DNA of 7,299 nucleotides from Amoebidium appalachense (lineage: Eukaryota; Protista; Ichthyosporea). The notes below the pieces were generated by a model. That model was not told the origin of the DNA and did not search any database. It saw only the letters and a list, made by a program, of their open reading frames with translations. The translations under genes were made by a program, and so were the position numbers. Within the stretch, counting starts at the first letter, position 1. Each line of letters starts with the position of its first letter. Below, piece by piece: positions 1-7,245 of the stretch. The stretch covers positions 1-7,299 of the forward strand of contig CAVNZM010000112.1 of assembly GCA_963693365.1 (NCBI GenBank), read 5' to 3'.

Positions 1-179
1 TACTCGAGGCAAAGAGAACCAGTCTCAGGTATGGGGGGGGGGGTTTGCTCGGAATATCCCCTCAGCGGTATATCATGATCACGTACATAGATGTCGGGTG
101 GTGACTATATATCAGGGTTTACTTTCTCTACGAGACACCATAAAGACTACAAGGAGAAATCAATTAGTTGGGGTTCCCC

Positions 180-180
<1 letters not shown>

Positions 181-210
<30 letters not shown>
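181..210. repeat. poly(T)30 homopolymer
   Basis: 30 consecutive T, flanked by GGGGTTCCCC (170-179) and GGGGCTCCCC (214-223). Confidence 0.95.
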
Positions 211-214
<4 letters not shown>

Positions 215-246
215 GGGCTCCCCTCGGGACACTCGGTATCAGCTGG

Positions 247-247
<1 letters not shown>

Positions 248-297
<50 letters not shown>

Positions 298-309
298 TGT
301 GTGTGTGTG
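248..309. repeat. (TG)n microsatellite
   Basis: About 31 TG units with one interruption near 295. It explains the CV-repeat ORFs in the track. Confidence 0.95.
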
Positions 310-666
310 CGCGTGCGCTATAATTTTGTAGTGATGTGTTTCTCAAGCCAATCAATACATCTAATAAACAGGTCGTAGTTACGCGTGTTTAGTATAAAAT
401 CAAGGATGTTGTAATTTACAGGTAGGCTATCTTTCTGGGTGTCTGTTGTGAATGTGACGTGTGTGTGTTGCGGTATTATGTGGTCTATCAAACTCCATGC
501 CACCATCACATTCAGATGGCCGCAATGAGCCCCGCAATGCCCCGTGTGAGTAATTGGCGGGTTTCCCAACGATTGCTCAGCTGGCTTGATCACAAAAATT
601 TTCTTTGCGCGTATATCGCAACCATTCTCATCGGACATCTAATAGACATCTAAAGGATTTATCGAT

Positions 667-810
667 TGTTCTTCTGATATCTTTCTAATATCCACAATGC
701 TGCCGTTTAGATATCACATTGATGTACTTACAAAAGACACTGACCTTCTACTGCACGGATGTTCTTCTGATATCTTTCTAATATCCACAATACTGCCGCT
801 TAGATATCAC
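667..810 (+). repeat. 51-bp direct repeat pair (667-717, 760-810)
   Basis: TGTTCTTCTGATATCTTTCTAATATCCACAAT(g/a)CTGCCG(t/c)TTAGATATCAC, 49/51 identical. A partial third copy CCACAATGCTGCCGTTT lies near 1204-1220. Confidence 0.9.
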
Positions 811-949
811 TGGGATGGCAAGCTTATGTATCATATACTTATGAATTCGATATATAAATATATCCCTATGCGGATATCGCAATGATAATCTAAGGACCTC
901 TAAAAGATATGTAGATGATACCGCGTGGACTACTGCTCTGGACAGATTA

Positions 950-1390
950 GGATATTCAAATGATAGGTTACAGCATATCACATTGATGTACATAGCGACA
1001 TCTTACCGATATCAATCACACAACTCACTAGTCTTTATTTAGATATATCAGGTACATATCCTTACGACGTGTACAAAGATATGAATTAGATATCGTAGCT
1101 TGGGCCTGCAAAGAGGCAGTTGTGATATGTTTGAGATGTAGGACCAAAAACAGATAACATATTGAATATAAAAGGGATATCAAAAAGAATATCAAAAGGA
1201 TACCCACAATGCTGCCGTTTTAGACAGAGCGGGATATTCAAATGATAAGTTACAGCATATCACATTGATGTACATAGGGGCATCTTACACATACCAATCA
1301 CATATATCACAAGTCTTTATTTAGATATATTTGGTACATGTCCTTACGACCTGTACAATGATATGAATTAGATATCATATCTTGGGCCTG
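950..1390 (+). repeat. 159-bp direct repeat pair (950-1108, 1232-1390)
   Basis: Ungapped manual alignment GGATATTCAAATGATA...CTTGGGCCTG with about 17 mismatches in 159 (~89% identity), offset 282 bp. Confidence 0.9.
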
Positions 1391-2127
1391 TGGACAAAGG
1401 GATATCCGAAAGGATATCAAAAGGATGTCTTCAACATGCCTACTGGTTGTGTACAAGGGTATCTTCTGTATTACCCCCATGGGCGCATAACAATATCAAA
1501 AAAATGGTTGTAGGTACATCACAACGATGTCCAGACGATATCAAAACAACATCTGTATTATATTCAATTTATAAGCATACATGTTATCCATCAGATATCA
1601 CGTGGATATCAATTTGTATTGTCCCACGACATCAGGTAGATATCGTCATGTAATGCGTATTGGATGGGATTAAGATATTCTATAATGAGGGATATCTGTA
1701 GGCTATAACAAAGACATCTAACAGATATCGTTTGGGGCACCAATATCCTAAACGTATGTGAAACATATCCAACAGAGCTATTATGACCTTGCTAACATAC
1801 ATATCACTAGGATAGCATATGGATATCATAATGCTATGAGGAAATTTTGAGATTTTCGGTCAAAAACCAAAACCATCGTGGTTTTCTATGATATCGTAAG
1901 GATATCGTAAGGATATCAGCAAAGGATGGGTTTCGTATATGCACCATACCATAACCAATCCGAACCCTATCAAAGATATCATTGATAGGGATCTGATGGG
2001 TTCTATCCGGGAATTCTATGATATCTTGTCAGGCTCTTTTTGACGTATTTAGGGTGGGGTTTGGTATGCCATATATCAAAATGATATATAAGATGGGTTT
2101 CGGATGCCGGATGAAGTTTGCTGATGA

Positions 2128-3699
2128 TCTCCCAACCGTCCTGGCACACCCAACCAGCCCCGGTTGAACCAATGCCTCCCCGAGCCCCCCCCCACTGGCC
2201 AACAACCCTTGCTGCCGGCCCCCCCCGTTGCTGTACATCAACCCGGCTACATGACTCCGGTTCGTCCTGGGTCCCCCACCTTCCACTCGGCCTCGAGCAG
2301 CCCTGTGGACACCGATGCCCCCCTCACCACCGGTCCTATTCCTGGCTTCCATGCCCCTATCCCGGCCTCCACCACCTACCCGGCCACCACCCCCCTCAAG
2401 GACCCCCCCAAGCCCAACCTTCGTCGGTCTACACGTCTCACCAAGACTCTAACGGCACTGGTCAGCATCATAGCACCGACCATCAACATTGACCAGCTCC
2501 CCAAGGGCATTCAAAAGCTTTGCAACGGTCCCAACGGTGATGCCGTCACAGCTGCCCTCACCTCCGAGTACCAAGCCTTCATCACCAAGGATGTGTTCAC
2601 CATTGTTGATCCCCCCCCTAGTGCCAACATCATCAAGTTCAAGTGGATTGTGACTGAGAAAGTCCTCAACTCAGCCGGTGACACCAAGATCAAAGCTCGT
2701 GGTGTTGCAAAGGGCTTCACTCAAGTCTACGGTGTTGACTACGGTGACACCTCTTCCCCCGTGGTGATGTCCTCCTCCGTCCGTGCCCTCCTTGCCATCG
2801 GTGTGGACGGCAACCATGAGATTCATCAACTCGACGTCTCAACTGCCTTCCTCAACAGTCCTCTTCACGAAGACATCTACATTGAGCCACCACCTGGCTT
2901 CATCACCCCCGGCAACGAACACAAGGTCTGGAAACTTAAGAACCACTCTACGGCCTCAAGCAAGGATCACTGGCCTGGTATGAGTACTTCGACAAGGTCC
3001 TCCTTGCTCACGGTCTCGAACGTCTCCGTTCAGATCCATGTGTCTACATCAAGACCTTCCCCAACGGTGACATCATCCTCACTGGCAACTATGTGGACGA
3101 CGTCATCATCATCTGCACGGCCAACTCTTCCCACACCAAGGATCTAGTAGACCACATCATGAAGTCAGCTCTCTGCAAGGTTGACCTCCCCGACATCTTC
3201 CTTGGCACCCAGCTCATCCACACCCCCGGTCACCTCAAGCTGCTTCAACAATCCTACATCAACGACATCGTCAGAGACTTCAACCTCAACGATGCCCACC
3301 CCAAGGCTACTCCCATTCCCGTCGGCACCGTCATCACCATCAACGAAAACGACTCACCACCCATCAAGGTTCCCTACCGTGAACTACTCGGCCGTCTTTT
3401 GTGGGTTGCTCGTTGTTCCCGGCCCGACATCTCCTTTGCCATCGGGTACCTCGGTAGATTCAGTGCCAACCCCACCAAACTTGCATGGGAATGTCTACTC
3501 CGTGTAGTTCGGTACCTCATCGGCACTTCCAACCTCGGCCTTCACTACGACAAGTCTGCATCCGACGACAACATCCCCTTGCTGGTCCAGGAGTGTTATC
3601 CTGATGCTGACTTTGCCAACTGCCCCAACACCCGTCGTTCAACCACCGGATACGTCATCTTCTTCAAGGGCATACCCATCACATGGTATTCGAAGCTGC
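2128..3699 (+). pseudogene. pol: copia pol, part 1: Pro-rich linker, reverse transcriptase and start of RNase H (frameshifted)
   Basis: Motifs KWIVTEK...KIKARGVAKGFTQVYGVDY and IHQLDVSTAFLNSPLHEDIYIEPPPGF. A 1-nt loss near 2941-2942 shifts the frame, which continues PLYGLKQGSLAWYEYFDKVLLAHGLERLRSDPCVYIK...GNYVDD (YVDD 3090-3101), YRELLGRLLWVARCSRPDISFA and YPDADFA...RRSTTGY...ITWYSKL. Confidence 0.93.
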
Positions 3700-4633
3700 T
3701 GTTAAATTGTATAAGTAATTGGGATGTAAGTAGAGACACAGTGGTGCAGTGTGAAAACACCACAGACACACACAACAACAAAACACGGAGCGATCGGAGA
3801 AGTGTACACAACAGACATCAATGTTTAGACACGACTGAACTCAATTTATTTTGATCGCTAATAAATACCTGAAATTCCCTTAAGTTAAATCCATACATGA
3901 TTTCCGACCAGTCGGAAATCAGATCTATGTCTAAAATAACCAATCACAATTAACTGATTATTTCCCGGATAGATCCGGAGGCACAGGAACGCACACCATA
4001 GGTCACAGCTATAAGAAAGAAAAGAGGTGAAGAGTAACGAGGAAAGAGGTGATGTTTCTAACCTATCATCGGCTACAAAGACTCAGACATTTTCTGACTA
4101 AGTCCACTGATTGGATATAGTACGGCAACACACAAAACAAAAGTGGTTGACTAAGCTATGAATCATACTTGACAAGCTAAAGTGTAACCTAAGTGTTTTT
4201 CTACCAATCAAAACATAACGAGTAATATAAATCTACTCAACGTATATTAGTGAGAGAGAAATATAATTATGTGAAAGGAAACAAGAGAAGAAAGAAAGAG
4301 AAAAGAAAGAAGAAGAAAGAGGAAAAAGAAAAGAAAGCAGGACAGAAAACACGAACATGAAAACACAGTTATAACCGAAGATATTCATGTACACATAACA
4401 TGTACACGTTTCTCCCTCACTGGGTAGACTCGTGTACCTATAATCAGTTGCTGTAATCGATATCTAAACACACGAATATAGCCGACACAACACGATTACA
4501 AGTACTCAAATACACTGGAGATCGATGTCATAGTTTACGTACAAGGAGCACATCTTTTTCACTAAGTAAATGAATGAAAACATAACACGAACTGAGAAGA
4601 TCTTACAATATGTAAATACTACGTATTACAACA
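3700..4633 (-). mobile_element. solo LTR (934 bp) inserted antisense into the copia RNase H
   Basis: Termini TGTT (3700) ... AACA (4633). Perfect 5-bp TSD GCTGC at 3695-3699 and 4634-4638. Excision restores the frame WYSKL-QSITATSTTEAELLA. AT-rich with no ORF. Orientation inferred from minus-strand AATAAA (3845-3850) and similarity to the plus-strand LTR at 5494-6207. Confidence 0.9.
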
Positions 4634-4997
4634 GCTGCAGTCCATCACGGCAACATCCACCACCGAGGCTGAGCTTCTAGCCATCAATGCTGCTGTTCAA
4701 AACGTCATCTGGCACCGTGATCTCCTCCGTGAACTCGGCTACCCGATGACCGACCCCACCCCCGTCTACTGTGACAACCAGTCCACCATTGCCCTCCTGC
4801 CAGTGCACACCAACAGCATCAAGCACCGGACCAAACACATTGCAGTCCGGTACCACAACACGAAGGACTACATCAAGAGTGGGGATGTGGTCGTCACCTA
4901 CGTGTCCAGCAAAGACAACGTGGCTGACATCTTCACCAAGCCCCTGCCCGGGCCCTCCCACGAGCAGCACCGTGATTCACTCAGTCTTCATGACTGA
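4634..4997 (+). pseudogene. pol: copia pol, part 2: C-terminal RNase H
   Basis: QSITATSTTEAELLAINAAVQNVIWHRDLLRELGYPMTDPTPVYCDNQSTIAL...HRTKHIAVRYH...DNVADIFTKPL...HD*, with typical Ty1/copia RNase HI motifs. Stop TGA at 4995-4997. Confidence 0.93.
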
Positions 4998-4998
4998 G

Positions 4999-5002
<4 letters not shown>

Positions 5003-5043
<41 letters not shown>
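5003..5043. repeat. poly(C)41 homopolymer
   Basis: 41 consecutive C starting 6 nt after the pol stop codon. Confidence 0.9.
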
Positions 5044-5044
<1 letters not shown>

Positions 5045-5484
5045 TTTCATCTACAGTGGTCTTCAAGTAGGTTGGGGCACTGGCCAGTGGTCTACACATC
5101 ACCGTGTAGAGACACCTCCCAACGAAAGTCTACTGCTGTCTTCATCGATCTTCAGTGTGTGCATCTTCAGTGGGGATTTCTTCTCCACCATCCGTCGTTT
5201 ATTTATATACCATCATATATATAATGTATAAATCATTAGCCACCATATATATTTATATATCGTCATTGGCTACCGTCATGTTCCGAGTCTTCAGAGGCAA
5301 CCGTCGTTGTGTGCTTCTTCCGTTTTGGTTTTCTTCCCCGGCTTGCACCTTCAAGTCTTCTCCATTGTCTTCTCGAGTGGGGAAACTTGACTGTGACTTC
5401 ACAGCACCTACTTCTACATGTGTGAGAGTCTTAACATCAACAGTCACATCAACAAACTTCACGAGAACCCAACTTCCAACCCTT

Positions 5485-5493
5485 GAGTGGGGA
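5485..5493 (+). other. polypurine tract (plus-strand primer) of the copia element
   Basis: TT-GAGTGGGGA immediately followed by TGT, resembling the usual copia TTGAGGGGGAG-TGT PPT/LTR junction. Confidence 0.65.
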
Positions 5494-6207
5494 TGTCATC
5501 TTCACTTAATTCTCAGCAAGACATCGAAGTTGAGTTTTGTATTTATTTATTAGTTGTTGTAGTTTGTTTCCTTTTCCTTTCTTCATTTCTTTCTTTCTTT
5601 CCCGTTTCCGTGTACACGACATCTTAGATCTGTGTACGTATAGACATACTTAGCTCGCGCACACGTATTGTCGTTTGCGTCAAAATCTATATATGTCATC
5701 CAATCATATCTCGTTTGTATTTTCCCAAATATAGTAACTTACATTCCTTTCTCATTCCTTTCCCACGACGTAGCATTGTGCTATGTTCTTCAACTATTAG
5801 GAATAATTATATTTAGACGTGTTATGATAAGAACATGTATAAATGTATGTTATGAATTAATAGTTATATAAGTGGTTTCATTTTGTTAAATGTTTCCGTG
5901 CTTTTATTAGAAGTTTCTTTCATTAGAGGATTGAGTTTTATATTCTATGTGTCGACAGACATTTTAATCGATATATTTTACACTCATAGTTTTCGTCCTT
6001 TTGATTGGTTTATCGTTTCACATTCCCAAGTATAAAAGGGACCTCATCTTGAAATAAATCATAAGCAGTCGTATTCATTTCCTATGGTTCCAGAAATCGT
6101 TCCTCCTCTCCGGTTGTGTTTTTCCCGTGTGTCTCTGTGTTGTGTATATCATAACACCCATCTGTGCTCTCTGCCAGTGCTTCTCCGTTTACCCACACAA
6201 AATAACA
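5494..6207 (+). mobile_element. LTR, probably the 3' LTR of the copia element (alternative 5' end at 5555)
   Basis: Starts TGTCATCTT right after the PPT and ends AAAATAACA (7/9 inverted match). Contains ATTGG, TATAAAA and AATAAA in LTR order. Its 3' part resembles the reverse complement of 3700-3890. Confidence 0.65.
6004..6058 (+). promoter_or_regulatory. LTR promoter and poly(A) signals: inverted CCAAT box, TATA box, AATAAA
   Basis: ATTGG 6004-6008, TATAAAA 6031-6037, AATAAA 6053-6058. Motif match and position only. Confidence 0.55.
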
Positions 6208-6209
6208 TT

Positions 6210-6567
6210 TTTCCTCTCTCCCTCACCCACTTCTCCCCAGCCCATCTCCTCCGGCAGTTCCTGGATACAACGTCCGGTCAACCCGACGACCCCCTCTTCA
6301 GTCTCGGTGGCATCCCCTACACCAAGAGTGCTTTCTCTGCCGACTTCCGTGCCCTCCTCTCCCGGGCAGGCCTCTCACCCCTCCCGGTTTGCCGGACACA
6401 GCCTCCGCATCGGGGGGGCCACAGCACTGGCTGAGGCCGGGGTCGACGACTCCCGGATCAAACAACTCGGCAGGTGGTCCTCCGGCTGTTTCCTGATCTA
6501 TACCCGACTTCGTCCGGCCTCCATTGCTGCCACTACCACACGTGTATTCGCCTCTATTCTTAAGTGA
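6210..6567 (+). pseudogene. tyrosine recombinase (phage integrase family), C-terminal fragment, frameshifted
   Basis: FPLSLTHFSPAHLLRQFLDTTSGQPDDPLFSLGGIPYTKSAFSADFRALLSRAGLSP, an extra C in the run at 6378-6381, then SRFAGHSLRIGGATALAEAGVDDSRIKQLGRWSSGCFLIYTR. HxxR at 6397-6408, GRW at 6469-6477, catalytic Tyr codon at 6499-6501, stop at 6565-6567. Confidence 0.9.
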
Positions 6568-6595
6568 AACCTTTGGAGCAAGCATACTGCTCTCG

Positions 6596-6684
6596 TGCCG
6601 TGGTTTACAACCATTGCAGGTTCACTTTCGTCCAAGGGGATGTCCCCCTAGAGGCAACACACGTCCCGGAGTAGTTTTCATAGA
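6596..6684 (+). repeat. split direct repeat B1 (89 bp)
   Basis: 88/89 identical to 7157-7245 (C6679 vs T7240). Confidence 0.92.
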
Positions 6685-7156
6685 GGTTTTATTTGTGGAA
6701 ATTATTGACATAAATATTTTTCTGGGTAAACACGTAGGATGGGTGTCCGATATCAACAGGCTTCGTTTCATGTTTTAGCAGTTCGCGTTCGGCTGCCCGC
6801 AGATGGGCACCTATTAGCCGATCAAAACATCAGATTCCACAGATCACTAGACCGAGTTTGATTGGCTCAGGATAAGATTTCACATAACACTAGATCGGTT
6901 TAATTTGATTGGCTCAGTTCGGTAGCCTTAGGTATATAAGCACGACAGTTTTTAGCAGATCAGCAAGCAACAACACATCTTCTGTGTTTAGCACCTACAG
7001 CTTTACAGCTATATTTTTCTTTTCACCCACCCACCTACACCCTGCACTCAACCCCCATTGATCCCCACATACGTGCTGTTTTTTCACGGGGCGAAGACTT
7101 CCCCCGTTTTTTGGGCACAAGGACCTCACGGATCAATAAATTGATGACTGGGGGCC
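6685..7156 (+). repeat. putative A2 repeat of the YR element
   Basis: Lies between B1 and B2 and carries promoter-like motifs and AATAAA (7135-7140). Its partner A1 is not in the window, so repeat status is inferred. Confidence 0.55.
6857..6940 (+). promoter_or_regulatory. Pol II promoter-like module: two inverted CCAAT boxes and a TATA box
   Basis: TTTGATTGGCTCAG exactly repeated at 6857-6870 and 6904-6917, each preceded by CACTAGA (6845, 6888). TATATAAG at 6933-6940. Confidence 0.6.
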
Positions 7157-7245
7157 TGCCGTGGTTTACAACCATTGCAGGTTCACTTTCGTCCAAGGGG
7201 ATGTCCCCCTAGAGGCAACACACGTCCCGGAGTAGTTTTTATAGA
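7157..7245 (+). repeat. split direct repeat B2 (89 bp), right end of the YR element
   Basis: 88/89 identical to 6596-6684. The similarity ends exactly where the LTR-derived sequence begins. Confidence 0.92.

Larger units (their letters stand above)
612..2127. repeat. GATATC-rich, ~11-bp-phased repetitive tract; possibly a non-autonomous DNA transposon or its subterminal region
   Basis: Exact GATATC counted by eye at 676, 710, 769, 803, 873, 1008, 1089, 1176, 1371, 1401, 1413, 1537, 1594, 1605, 1639, 1691, 1724, 1822, 1890, 1901, 1912, 1975 and 2020. Only two were seen elsewhere in the window (~4459, ~6749). No credible ORF. Boundaries are approximate; the transposon interpretation is inference. 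Confidence 0.7.
2128..6207 (+). mobile_element. Ty1/copia LTR retrotransposon, 5'-truncated in this window (linker-RT-RNase H, 3' UTR, PPT, probable 3' LTR)
   Basis: Copia-type RT and RNase H motifs, with RNase H terminal in pol (copia domain order). PPT followed by a TG...CA LTR. gag, protease and integrase are absent; the reading frame is closed upstream by TGA at 2122 and 2125. Confidence 0.88.
6208..7245 (+). mobile_element. 3' end of a DIRS-order tyrosine-recombinase retrotransposon with split direct repeats (Ngaro/PAT-type)
   Basis: YR C-terminus followed 28 nt later by an 89-bp repeat, a 472-bp spacer and the 89-bp repeat again. This matches the known A1-ORFs-B1-A2-B2 architecture. 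RT and A1 are not in the window. Confidence 0.78.

Noticed and set aside
91-378. ORFs with poly-Phe and Cys-Val repeats
   Set aside because: They are translations of T30 and (TG)n, with no protein-like content.
667-1390. CRISPR-like repeat-spacer array
   Set aside because: Only pairs of repeats with unequal lengths, no regular spacers, no cas genes, and a eukaryotic TE context.
697-1653. Short ORFs in the GATATC tract (62-87 aa)
   Set aside because: Asp-Ile/Ile-Ser/Tyr-rich translations of the repeat motif, with no recognisable domain.
564-2136. TCCCAAC at 564-570 and 2130-2136 as a 7-bp TSD with weak TIRs (GATTGCTCAGC / GCTGATGATC) around the GATATC tract
   Set aside because: Joining the flanks does not extend the copia frame (TGA at 547-549), the left flank is not copia-like, and the TIR match needs a gap and mismatches. 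Kept only as a weak boundary hint.
2029-3811. Alternative-frame and antisense ORFs overlapping pol
   Set aside because: Shadow ORFs caused by C-rich third-position bias. All conserved motifs fall in the pol frames.
3700-3854. C-terminal extension of ORF 3093-3854 as real protein
   Set aside because: Read-through into the inserted LTR. The true RNase H continues after 4633.
3700-4633. Spliceosomal intron in pol
   Set aside because: The insert has TG...CA ends and a 5-bp duplication, and its end sequence recurs at 7246-7297. An LTR explains all of these features.
4771-5553. Poly-Pro ORFs and other ORFs in the 3' UTR (env-like extra ORF?)
   Set aside because: They are driven by the C41 run or are short and motif-free, giving no support for a coding function.
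6208-6229. Minus-strand polypurine tract next to the LTR end at 6207
   Set aside because: TATA and AATAAA orient that LTR on the plus strand, and this pyrimidine run is in frame with the YR coding sequence.
6127-6567. Prophage or bacterial integrase
   Set aside because: The HSLRIGGAT/GRWSS motif style, the split direct repeats and the neighbouring LTR elements fit a eukaryotic YR transposon. No phage genes are present.
5991-7195. Hammerhead ribozyme from minus-strand GGACGAAA (5991-5998, 6627-6634, 7188-7195)
   Set aside because: No suitably placed CUGANGA core or stem II partner found by eye. An Infernal/Rfam search would settle it.
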